Shown: positions 14,201 to 25,711 of the stretch, one piece after another
Position numbering within the stretch: the first letter of the stretch is position 1
Layout: every line of letters begins with the position of its first letter
Source: Takakia lepidozioides
Lineage: Eukaryota > Plantae > Bryophyta
Assembly (NCBI GenBank): GCA_030704615.1
Contig: CM060732.1
Coordinates: forward strand, 68,324,001-68,388,000
Length of the DNA stretch: 64,000 nt
Direction of reading: 5' to 3'
Program-made: the position numbers and the translations under genes
The notes under the pieces: generated by a model
Told to the model about the DNA's origin: nothing
Seen by the model: the letters and a program-made list of their open reading frames with translations, nothing else
Database searches by the model: none

Positions 14201-17200
14201 GGCCCGTGCTGCAGCCTCCTCTGTGGTAAAGGTGCCCAGCCACAAGCGCTTTCCCTCCGGTGTGCGAATCTCTGCCCCATACGCCCCCCAGGGCCGCTTT
14301 CGGACACCCACAAACCGTGAGAAGAATACGCGCCGGCCCTGATTGAAACAATTTTGTCATTGAAACTCGCAGTGTATCCCAAGCTGCAGAATTAAAGCCA
14401 TGATAACAGACCTTACAGGCAACAACCAGCAATTTCACAAGGAGAGGTGGTCCATACCTGCCCTCTACCCAAGGCTGAACTGTCTCTTGGTTGCTGCACC
14501 TTTGACTTGCGCTTGATGGCCAGTCCTGGAATCCCCCGGGGCTCTCGAGGCGCACAACGCACTCCCATGGTTGTCATATCTAGTGCTCCAAAATCAATTG
14601 TTGGAAGGATACTTAGCTGCTCATATGGTCGTTTGCACCCATTAGCCAAGGGGTAAACAAATTGTGGTGCAGTGCACATGAGGCCTACCCGGGTAAGATC
14701 CATGGGACCAATGTCAACCAGGCAAGGAAGACTTTGTAGCCCATGAACAAGCCTCTTGGTGTGGGCTCCAGTCACATATATCTTGCTCCCAATGGTTGGC
14801 TTGTGAAGCTTCTCATATTGCGGAACCCCACCGCGGTGAACATGTTTGACCCCAGCAGTCAGACCATTCTCCCCTATGGTGCCCTTGCCTCCCACACCTG
14901 GTCCAGCATATGGAAGAGTAATTCCATGGCTGCTTAGACGGCTACCTAGTTGTGCCCGGAAAAGTTCCAGCTCATCTGTGATTGAAATTATCTTTGGTGC
15001 TGAGCTGCTGCTCTTTCCATGCAGTGCATGGAAGGTCTGTTGCCGGAAAGCATCCACTGAGCGAGCAGGATCGGTACACCCAATAGACCGGCAACAGGGA
15101 AATTCCACACCCGCCAAGTGGCCTTCAGGGCAATTCCCGCTACTTGTTGCCAAATGCCCTGACCCTTGGCAGACACCTGTTTGGCACGTAGCTCTTGCAT
15201 CCTCTTTAAGACGTCCTGCTGCATTTCCTGTTTCAAGTTATACAAAATGGTTGACTAATATCGAAGCAAGTGTAAATTATGGTGCCTTCCGTTTGGAAGG
15301 TGGACACTTTCTAATAGCCATAACCAGGGCGATGCGGTTGCCCAAACCTCCCCCAAAAGGACTCAAAAGTCCCCAGGTATCCACACGTTAGGTAGGTGAC
15401 CAGTTGACCCAGCGAGCCCCCTTTTTATAGTTATAATGGGTGTCATCCAACATACACCTATGTGGCTTTCAACCCTTGATCACTTGTAAGGTGGCATTGT
15501 GTCCCTAACCACTGAGTTGGATACTTTTCAAGTTATAGATACTGATTACATCAACTGAATACCCCAAAACTCTCGATTCCATTGACTTTCAGTTACACAG
15601 GAGAGTAAAATATACTGAGATGTCTACACAGTTAATACCAAAAAATTACAACTCCATGTAGCATTTCTAATTGACCATGGGGAGAAATTTCATAGAAAAC
15701 CTTCTTTCTTCTGCCAAAAACCTCAGCCTTTGTGACCAAGGACAGCTAAATCACAATGAATTTTTGCAAGTATGAACATCTGGTTCCAAGGTGCACTCAA
15801 CACCAAGACAGCATCAAGCGAGAACACCCAGCCTACCTGCTGCTAAACATAAGACAGAATAGAAAAGAGGAAGGAGATTCATGGCATTATCCAGCTTGCA
15901 GTTTCCAAAACCCACCTGAGGTTCTCTTGGCTGCCTGTTTGGCATTAGTGATCGCACAACCCTCCCCCACTATACCTCCATAGCCAGCTTGTTTTGCGTC
16001 CTTGTGGAACAGACGCACAGGTGCGTACCCTACTCCTCCCTCAAGATAGCATGTCCCAAACTGGGGAAGCCTCTTCCCACTCAATGTCCTTGGTTCCTCT
16101 TTGGCACTCCCACCCTCTGGAAATTGCACAGACCATGCCGGCTGGTCGGCAATGACAGATGCCCAGATCTTTGGTGGATCAACAACCTCCATGTGGTGGG
16201 CCACCGTTGCTGCAAGAACAAGTATGGAGAATTCACCCATTGGAGGATTCTCCATAGCCTCCTGCTGTCTCAGGGTTTGTGGATTCAGAGTAAAGCCATT
16301 TGCATGCTTGTGCATTTGACAGAATCTGCAAACAGAGGAGATAAGAGCCATCCCCGTTTCAACTTGAGCAATCTTAGGAGAGCACAGCATTCATTCCTGC
16401 TACCATCCAACAAAGACAACCCTTTTTGTAGATGTATGACGTCATCCATCAATCCATGGCCCTGAAATTGTGCACCATATTAACATTCATAGAGAAAGGA
16501 GAGCAAGAAACGAACAAACAAACAGGCACAGGAGGGACAGCATACCTCGTATCATCAGCTTTGAGGGACACTGGGAAGCGGCAGCGATCACGGGTGGGCA
16601 CTTCAACAAATTCACACTGCTTGTATGGGGCAGCCAGATCTTCCAGAATGTGCCAGAGGCAGAACTGATACCCCTGAAGGCAATACTGGGAACAAGTTTG
16701 CCTTTTGGAATGGCACATTAGGCTGGAGTGTACACTCTGAGCTTTCCCATTGGATTGCAGGGACCTTGGTGGCACCAATGAAGAGGGGGCCCGTGGTGGA
16801 CCAGAGGGCAAATGCACCACATTGGAGGACACAGGTGCCAAACTCGAAGTTGAAATTGGTAGAAGCCTCTGACCAGAGGATGTAAGCGGTAGGCCAGAGT
16901 ATAGTGGCAAATTGGATGAAAGTGGAGACAGGCCAGGGGGTAAAGGTCGCATACCAGTTGACAACGGCAGGAGACCAGGTGACGGGGGCTGCAGGCCAGA
17001 GGATGAAGGCATTGAGCGGAAGGCTGCAGGTGATAGAACAGCCAATTGAGGTTTCAAGCCCACTCTATTGAAGTCATTTGTCTGCCTCTGCTCCACATCT
17101 GTGCAGAGAATCTTAGCACTGTGATCCCGGGTGTCAAAAATTTGGGATGCTGTGATTGGGCCTGCTGGACTATGGGCTGGTGAGATCGGGACTATGGGAA

Positions 17201-20200
17201 TTTGACCAGCTGAGATATGAGACCCTCCCCCATAGCGGACTCTGTGTCTCCCACTTCTTGCTCGTGACGGACCCAAGCAGTCAGCAATGACAGACGGAGA
17301 GCCAGAGCTTGGCAAGGAATCTGAAGGGGCCTGGACACCTGGGTTCTCTCCTCTACCAGCAGCCTTCACAGTACCACAAGAGTCAAACATGCCAGCCTTA
17401 GCAACACAAGGCTGCACCATTCCATTTTCAAGGTCGCCAGCCTTGTCATAATCACTTCCGTCACTTCGAGAAGGTTCTTCTAAGCCATTTTCCATAACAT
17501 GTGTCATCTTTGTGCCAGGTGTAACCTGCACACAAAAATCAACACCTCCATCACAACTGTTCTGAGCAGATTGTGTTACTGCAAGACAATCTCAAGAAAA
17601 ACCACTACTCGAAAGTTGATGTATTTCTAGCATGATTGTGGTGCAGAGTTGTAAGATCATCATAGGACACTTATAACATGGTACATTCATCCTCCAATAG
17701 ACCTCTTCACAACATCAAACGACATCCAAAGACCAAGTGCCTCATGCACGAGAGAGAGAATGTGCTCACAATACATTGTTTACTGTAGCCTTGTGGCCAT
17801 AGACCCCGTGCCCAGTTTGGGAGAGAATGTACTCATAAGACGTTGTTTGCCGTAGCCTTGTGGCCCAGTTTGGGAGAGATAGAGAGAGAGAGAGAATGTA
17901 CTCCTACGAAATTGTTAGTCCTAGCCTTGTGGCCATAGCTGTCGCGCCCCAGTTTGGGCGGAACAAAAGGGACCAGACACTACCTTTGTGAGGGGATCAC
18001 TCCAGTAGTATACAAATAATTAGTTCGGGGTTTCCAGATATCCTCTAGAAAGCCCTTCACACAACCATCAATCTGCTGTGCGTATACAGCCCAAAATTGA
18101 GATCCCAACCAGGCCAGGGCTTTAGGCTCAGCCTCAAGATTTTGAAAGTTGGTGAACAGAGGTGCCGAGACAATGTTCTTCATTGTCCTGAAGAGGGTCA
18201 CTCTCTGGTGAGAATATCCCGGACAGTGTATCAGAAAATGGATATTGTCTTCAGATTGCCCACACATGGGCAATTACAACCTCCTCTTCCTCTCTGCATC
18301 TGTTTATTGTTCAAAGGGAGGCTTCCCGCCCTGAGTTTAAATTTCAGTCTACTGTCTAGTCTTGTGGCCATAGAGAGAGAGAGAAATGAAATGAAATGGT
18401 GCTTTATAACGTCCGCGGAAAGCACGTAGAGCTTATGGGACAGAATGGAAGAAAACATGAGAGAGGAACAAATCCAGAAACCACAATTAATGTTCTAGCG
18501 ATTGTCTAAGGGTGAAGGCCTCGTGTAGGTAGGCTGCCAAGCATAGAGAAAGACAAATAAAGAGAAAGTAAATGTGCAAAGGCAGAAGTGTACCTTGCCC
18601 AAAACTGACCACAATGACAGGTAAATTGGAAAGACAAATATCACTTACCTTATTGCCTGGAAGTGACCAACTTTCTCCAGTCCAATCCACATGCAGCCGC
18701 ACTTCTGTCTCAGAGTTGACAGGCAAGGTGGACCCATCACTCACTGAAACCTGAGAACAAGTGCATTCACGTGCAAATGTTAAGTTACCTCGCACACACT
18801 CAATGTAACCCTTGAGCTGTAAGTGCAACACTGGTGAAGGACCTCGTGAACCCATCTTCAGGTCCTTTAAACTTTTATCAGAGTCTTTAAGAACAAAGAA
18901 AATTCTTCAGAGTATGGGAGAGGGGGGAGGACATTGACACATACCATCACACGCCTCGAGTCCAGAACCTCCATAATTTTCCCTGGCCTCCAACAACTAG
19001 CAACGTAGGCGTCAACAATATCACCTACTTGCCACTCCCCCTTGACAGCGGGGAACACCAAAGATCCCCCCTTTACCAGAGGGAACACAGAAGATCCACC
19101 ATCATCTCCCGCTATTTCAATATGCCTAGGAGGCCTTGGTCGAATCGAAGGCCCACTAGCCTTCTCCATCTTTGAGCCAGCACCTACAGTTATCCAGTGG
19201 TCGGCTGCACAGCCACAACCATATGCACCCTGAGGAATGCACTGCTGAAGAGTCTAAGCAATAGCCGGAGCACAGACAACGCCTCAGACAGAAATGAAAC
19301 CACATGGCTTCTCAGTATTTGCTGCGTCTACATTACTGAGCAAATCATTACTCCGACAACCAATGCTGAAGCTGGCCATATGTCAAAGATCCCTTGAACT
19401 AACAAGGCCAATCTGGGGTGTGGTGGCTGCTGGAAGCAGCACCAATGAAGTTTTGCTGCAGCTCCCAATAGCAAGCCTAGCTCGCCCTTGTCAGTGAGAG
19501 AAGCCTGAATTGTGAACAAGTCTTTTATCAGCACGAACATTGACATACTAAACGGAAATACCAAAACATGACTTCCCTCACATCAGGGACATGGTATGTC
19601 CACTGTGCTGAAGCAGACTGTTGCCAGGCCACAATATGCATGGTGGTTTGAGCTTCAGTCTGTGTATATGTCGTGAAAGATCCGAGTGTCCCGGCCTCTC
19701 TTTCTTTCCCTGTGGCTAGTAATATTATGCAGCAAGTAAGTTCATAGAGCTAGAAAAGAATGGAAACTGCAGCTACCCTCCATGATGTGCCAGAATGGAG
19801 TCAAGCAATCACCACAGATGATTTCCAGTATTATAGTTTATCATATGATCTGGCATATTGTGGTGCTATCACTCACTACTAATCTCTCCTCTGCCTCTAA
19901 GCCATAGTTGACATGACTCACGCTCATCTGGAAACTCCGGGTAATTAACAAAGTAGCGAAGCGCCCCATCTGTCTCTTTGTCTATCTTCAAAATCTGTAC
20001 CATTGCAAATCACAAGCAGACAACATCTGAAGGGTGGTCAACTCCAAACCCTGAATGAAAGTAAAACCTCTGAAAGCAGATGTCCACCTAGATTTTAACA
20101 AGGGGTCACTTTAAGGGACACTCAGCTTTGACTTTGTAGTAGAATGTGAATGCCAAACATAGAATTGACACTCAATGGCCTGTTAGCAAATTGTGAATGA

Positions 20201-20475
20201 GAACTACACAAAATTCCAGGCTGAGTCTTGGATACTATAGTGGGCTGACCACTCAATGTCAGCTCTTGGAGGGATAGCATCATCGGGAGTGTATGCTGTC
20301 AAGGGTATGTCAAAACCAATATTTGCAGGGGACGGTCAATGAGGACATGTCTCACGTATACCCATGTAGGAATGAAGCATACCTGTGCATTAACCCATGC
20401 ATCTGAGAATCGTTCACAGCTCTGACTGAGCTCCACCTTATCCATCACACGAAAGCGGGACTCAGGAGTTTCCAT
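8225..20475 (-). CDS. Multi-exon gene: 2x Agenet/Tudor-like + zf-C3Hc3H + 7x AP2-domain protein (about 2404 aa)
   Basis: Hand-spliced model, all introns GT..AG with matching phases. Exons: 20475-20383, 19994-19922, 19183-18945, 18750-18649, 17525-16546, 16325-15916, 15227-14458, 14338-13013, 12848-12494, 12043-11743, 11287-10105, 9775-8759, 8590-8225. Total 7215 nt, open frame to TGA at 8225. The N-terminus is uncertain because the frame is also open about 36 codons upstream of the ATG. Confidence 0.85.
8490..13198 (-). other. AP2 domains 2-7 (divergent)
   Basis: 13198-13031 ([26 protein letters not shown]); 10860-10689 ([24 protein letters not shown]); about 10650-10510 degenerate ([26 protein letters not shown]); 10227-10105 + 9775-9731 ([22 protein letters not shown]|VAF..LNLP); 9553-9389 ([24 protein letters not shown]); 8795-8759 + 8590-8490 (FQ|[28 protein letters not shown]). 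Confidence 0.85.
12348..12428 (-). mobile_element. Intronic fragment of the RTE-X-like LINE
   Basis: TCAATCTGCTGTGTGTG..GGCTTTTGGCTCAGCCTCGAGACTTTCAAAG is near-identical to 34078-34158. Confidence 0.8.
14150..14314 (-). other. AP2 domain 1 (canonical ERF-like)
   Basis: [55 protein letters not shown]. Confidence 0.95.
15280..15520 (-). mobile_element. Putative tRNA-derived SINE in an intron
   Basis: The minus strand begins CTCAGTGGTTAGG (A-box-like) ..TGCCACC..GTGATCAAGGGTTGAAAGCC (B-box-like). The 3' end is approximate. Confidence 0.45.
16310..16715 (-). other. C3HC3H zinc-finger domain (INO80D/KANSL2 type), split by an intron
   Basis: [57 protein letters not shown]|FCQMH shows the C-C-C..HIL.D..Y.QC..C..PV..C..H spacing. 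Confidence 0.8.
17750..18385 (-). mobile_element. Stack of truncated RTE-X-like LINE 3' ends in (GA)n
   Basis: GAGAATGT.CTC..TAGCCTTGTGGCC units at 17750-17821, 17822-17874 and 17875-18355, plus a stub at 18356-18378. The longest encodes [27 protein letters not shown], as at 33900-34360. Confidence 0.9.
18649..20475 (-). other. Tandem Agenet (plant Tudor-like) domains, coding exons 1-4
   Basis: [24 protein letters not shown]|[19 protein letters not shown] and [36 protein letters not shown] match the Agenet-pair pattern (VE..AW..A, IRP.PP, GD.VDA....W..G, R.H.DW.G..W). Confidence 0.8.
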
Positions 20476-23400
20476 AGCCTCCGAACCTTGCCAGGAGAAG
20501 TGACCCTTTCTCAGATATTGTGTTCTGGACGTCTTGCCACCTAGTTGCTCTTCACGCGAGGAAACGTTACTCCAATTTGATGCAGGCTAAGTGTATCCTT
20601 CCGAGTCACCAACAGTCAATTATCAATCCTGTGGTCCAAGTGAGAACAGCCGCACTACTCACATCTCCAACTGGATTCGTGGCAAGGTGATGGCAATCAG
20701 ATTATCTTAATCCCTGATTATAGTTCAAACGCCAAAGCCATAGGCCTCCCATCAGTCTTCAGAGAGCTGGCTGTGGAAGCACGGTCTGGAGTGGTCCGGT
20801 GAAGTCACTAACGAATGCTACTGAAACCATCATAAGATAAATTCAGCTTCCAGAATCCATCCTGTAGTCTTCATCCAGCTGAATTTTCCCCAGCTTCCAC
20901 CACCCTTGTGAAAAGCATATCCATTGCGGTTGATCTCTCCTATTCATAAGGTGCCGTAAGAGAGTGTAGAGCCTTTAACCTATCCTTTTTTATGGACGCT
21001 CCAAAGAAAACGGGTCGCATAGTCCTTAAAATTGAATTCTCCCTCTTGTTGTCCACAGCCTCAGATAGCTCACAGTCATAACCACATGCAACCTGATGGT
21101 GAGACGATGGATAAAGGTTACAGTCAGATGACTTGATTTAAGTGATTACAGGGCAAAGATGGTGGTAACAGTAAGAAAAGTGGATGACAGGAAGCAGCAG
21201 GATATAACATATAACTGCAACCCCACCTTTCTCTCTCCCTCTCCCTTGCAATACCACCTTACCTTACATAGCATGATGGTGCACAGTGCCCAAAAAAAGG
21301 GCAGGCACACACACATATAACAGCAGCCAAGGTTCTTCAAATCTGCACTTGTGCTACACAGAACGCAGCACAATCAACCCTAGTTGAAGAAGACCAAACT
21401 CAAATACAATTCTCTATTTCATGAAGTCATTTCAAAGATGACATTTTTATCGATTTCAGAGAATTAACAGGATCAACCACCAACAAGGCGTGTTTCAATG
21501 TAATATGCACTGAAGTTTTTGGTGTGTTTCGGAGCCATCAAATCTCCATGTCAACTTCCAGTCCTGTGTTGATAGGGAGGGTACATCATAACAGAAATTT
21601 ATTCAAGGTTCCTCTCCTGGACTTCCCTAAAACTGCAAACGCAGGTGTCAAGAGGGAAACTGCTCTGACCTCTCGATCCTTTGCTGTTTCCCAAGATCTA
21701 ATTGTAATAAGAGATCTAATATATACCATTTGTTTACAGATGGTCATCTCTTACCTTCATGTCAATGCCTCTGGCCTCACAGTGAATCCACCCCTTTCTC
21801 TCTGTCAAGACACAGAAGTGAAGCTGACAGTGCAATGACAGAGCCATATGTCCCACAACTGTTGCAAGTGCTGGAACCCTCTATAAGGTTGCCAGCATCA
21901 TCCCTTAAATTGACACTCAAAATCCCAAAAATTGGATTGTTGTCAGCTGAGGGGAAGAGCTATGGTGATACTGGCCGAGTTCTATATACCATGTGGAGAC
22001 AAGGTGGTCAAGGGTACATCATGGCTTCAATCATTCAAAGATAAATCATCAATGAGTACACGTCTGTGGTTCAGCTCCATTCACTCCTACACCCACCCCA
22101 CATTGCTCACAGAATTCTCCCCCCCATACCCACTCTATGTGTGTGTGTCTGTGCCCACTGACCAGGGGTACAAGAGATCAAACCATAATATTTCCAGAGA
22201 TCTATGTCCACAGGATGCTGTTTCTGTTCAACATGAACATACCCAAAAGCTGTACCTCCTTTGGGCCTCAATTCTATGTATAAAGAGCTACCAACCTCAC
22301 ACTCGCTCCCCTGTGCTACATTAAAGTAGATCAAGGGCATTTCCCACAGAAACAGAACTCTAGAGGTAAAGTCCAGAACTCAGATAAACAACGAGAACCA
22401 CTTCAATTTTTATGGAATAGCAATGTATTAGACCTTTCTACAGAGGCCGTAAGCCCTAGTGACTGCTTGGGAGTATGATACCGGATACTGACTTGAGTCC
22501 TCCTCAGAGCAGTAGAGTTTAGGGATGATCGAAATCGACTATATTGGATTGCGAAAGGTAACAACCATCGTGAACATGCAAACAACTAGGAAAATAAAAT
22601 TGACAGAAGAGGTGAGGTGGACAACCAACGGGGAGGTGGGGTGGTGGGGCGCATTTGTGGGAGACTACTGATACGCGAAGAGGAAGCAGGAAGACAAGGA
22701 TATGAGCACTTAACGGCAAAGAGAGTCAGAAGACCTGAATGTGTCTGTGTGAGAAAGATTAGTGTGTGTTCGTGGGGGGGTGGGGGGAGGGCCAGGGGAG
22801 AAGCGAGGGTGGAGTCAAAAGCGCTAAGGGCACAGTCTGATGTGAGGGAGGACAAAGACCAACGAGAGAGGGTGGTCCCGGTGGTTGAGAATTTAATTGA
22901 GAGTAGGGTATGTAGTCTGGCAGAAAGAATACCCATACAAACTAACTGAGATATGAAGCAGTCGCTAAAAAGACAAAGTGGGGGTGAAAAGACGAGGTCT
23001 ACGCGATTAGATTAAGAGAGAGACTGTAGCTACCTGAACAAGAGATGAAAAATAGAGAGAGGGAGGGAGAAGGGAACTAAGGTGCAAATACATAGCACAG
23101 TACGAGTAACAAAGTCTACCACAACACAAGGGGAAGACTCCCACAGACAGAGGGACAGTAGCCAGGGAGGGAAAGAGAGAGAGGGTCCACCGTACCCGTC
23201 TTTGCAGATGCATGCAACATACAGCAAAAGACCCAAAGCCATTCCAGACGACCACATAGACAAGCGGGATGCAAAGAGACACGTTAGCTACCTGCTTTTC
23301 AGCGCCAAGAGAAACTTTCCCGAAGATTACTTGCAAACCTCCGTGAAGCGGTACATGGAACCAGCAGGCGTCCAGGGTCCAGGGTCCCACACAACAGACT

Positions 23401-23588
23401 CCCAACCAGGCCACAGATTACAGCTACCTGCACCACCCCCCGCACCAACACACCAAATTCAATCCCCCTTCATCCCAGAAACAAGAACACATCCTAGACC
23501 ACCCCCACCTCAAGGACCCGTCACTAGTCCAACCCCGAACAACTCCCCCTTCAAATTTGGTCCCGGATCCATCCCACCTCTCTAAAAC

Positions 23589-23950
23589 CTGTAGATTCAA
23601 CCCTCCACCATCCAGATTCCCACCCCCTCCGCGGGAGAGAGACAGGCAGCGCGAGCACGTCCCCCTTCCAGGGAGAGAGAGTGGAGAGGGCGAGGGACGA
23701 GGGGGCGGGCGGAGAAAGTGTAACTGGAGACTCGAGAGAGAGGCGGCTCAGGGCTGCTCGCAGCTTGCTCTGCCGTGCCCCCTTTTACCCTCCCTGCCAC
23801 GCCGTCCCTGTCCGTCGCCCTCCGTCCAGCTCCGTCCACACCGCCACCGCTCATTGCCGGTGGGCTCCAGCGACGCCGTCTCTCCTGTCCTCCACACTCG
23901 CGCGGCCCGGGTGACGGGCATCCCTTTCGACCGGCACTCGCCGGTGGCAA
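23589..23950 (-). other. Probable first (5' UTR) exon of the Agenet-AP2 gene
   Basis: GC-rich block ending at donor AG|GTTTTA (23589/23588), followed on the minus strand by pyrimidine-rich intron-like sequence. No recognisable protein. Confidence 0.45.
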
Positions 23951-25678
23951 CGACATCCTGTGCGGTGGCGAGAAGTGAATGATTTGGGGGAGAGCGATAA
24001 TGTACACGGAATTGTGGCGTCTATTTTACTCGCGGAATTTTTTACTACTGGTAACTTGTCACTCACTATCCGTCACTCCTGACCTCGCCTGCCGTCTTTT
24101 GTCCGCTGAGTTTTCCCGGGATTTCAAACCGCTGGACTGTTTTTGTGTAGAGCTTTCTCTACCCGGTGGATATTTCCGGTAACCGATGGACAGACCTTGA
24201 TTCTCTGCCGTCGAAAACATACCGCTGGATATTTCGGGGACCCGGCCCTTTGCAGACACGTCGTGTACTCTTCCCTGCGACCGCTGGATGCTTGCAGTAA
24301 CCGGTTGATGCACCGAGTCCCTCGACTGTCGGATATTAGTGCCACCAGCTGGAGTCGATGAAGCTCTTGAGACCGATGGGTAGAGCGGGATGCCGTCGCT
24401 ATTGTCGGACCATTGGATAAAAAAGCAGATCAGAGTTATTGCACCTCTGGATACCTTCACTATCCGCCGGATAAAAGCGAATTCAATGCCATACTCCTCG
24501 TGGACCGCTGGAAACTGTTATTATCGGATGGACACATCAAGTTGGATACAAACCTTTCCTTGTACACCACACTCCCTGTCTAAAATACGATGACAACCAG
24601 CCCATCCAAAACGTATAACATAATTGTATAGTCCCTATAACTTTGCGACGATTTGGATAAGTGACTCTTTATCATTAATTGGATGTGACTCTAAATTTGG
24701 GTGTAAATCGACAAACCTCGGACTTGCTTCCGCTTCACTGATGTACTAACTTCGCTACTGTAATGTTTAACCAATACATCCCAAACCTTCGGACAACGCT
24801 TTGAACGACTTGACGACTCGTGTTATAGATTACGCTACTAAATCAAAGAAAACATAATTGGATTTGGAATTAATTCTTTTAGTGCTTCGCAAAACTTATG
24901 TTTTGGGACTTTTTGGTTTATATTTCAACCACAAATATAGATAACTAAAATCATTGATTCATTACAGAAACTTCCAATGTACATGTAAGCCTGACGTAAG
25001 CCGAGTAGGTGGTGTGTCAAAGTCATCCGTAAAGGGGACTAGACGGGATTTAAGGAGGAACTGCGTATAAATATTCGGTGCCCATCCTCCTACTAGCCCC
25101 ACCAAGGCACGGACTGCTTCGGCGGTGCGTATGACAATTATAAATAAGTAAAAACAATTCATCGGTCAAAAAATAAAATAAATAAATAAGAGGAATTACC
25201 AAAAAAGACAAGACTGTTCATTCGGTGGATGAATAACGGACGAAAAAAAGGATGAACTGCAGACGAGCAGACGGACTGCGGGACACAAGCTGCACCTGGA
25301 GCAAGCGATATCCGTCGGATCAACCTTCTGACCGGTGGACAAAGAGACGCATCCGTTTCTAACCCGACTCAGTAACTGAATCTAACCAGAGGTGAGGCTG
25401 TTGACTAGTGACTTACTAACTAGGATCGTCATCATCATCGAATCCAACGGACGCAGTCGTTCGATTTAACTAAATTGGCGCTGGTCATGCTACTAGTAAT
25501 TTACGAGTTGCTAACTGATTGTAACTATTATCGTTTCACTAACTATATTGAACTCACGTTCAATCATTCCCAGGCCAGCCTGTTCATAATTGTCATCCGG
25601 TCAACACCAAGACCCCATCGATAAATGAACTTTTATCATCCATTTTGTACTTTCATCCTCGAGGATGATTACTGTCGA

Positions 25679-25711
25679 AGATGGATGGATAGATGGATGG
25701 ATGGATGGATG
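25679..25711 (+). repeat. (GATG)n microsatellite
   Basis: About 8 copies. Confidence 0.9.

Noticed and set aside
8952-15391. Plus-strand ORFs antisense to the AP2 gene
   Set aside because: Shadows of the minus-strand coding exons.
23007-24460. GC-rich ORFs (e.g. 23082-23585, 23557-23982)
   Set aside because: Low-complexity overlapping frames in a probable promoter, leader or intron; no motifs.
25085-25135. Helitron 3' end or UUCG hairpin
   Set aside because: The hairpin before CTAG is poor and no partner end was found.
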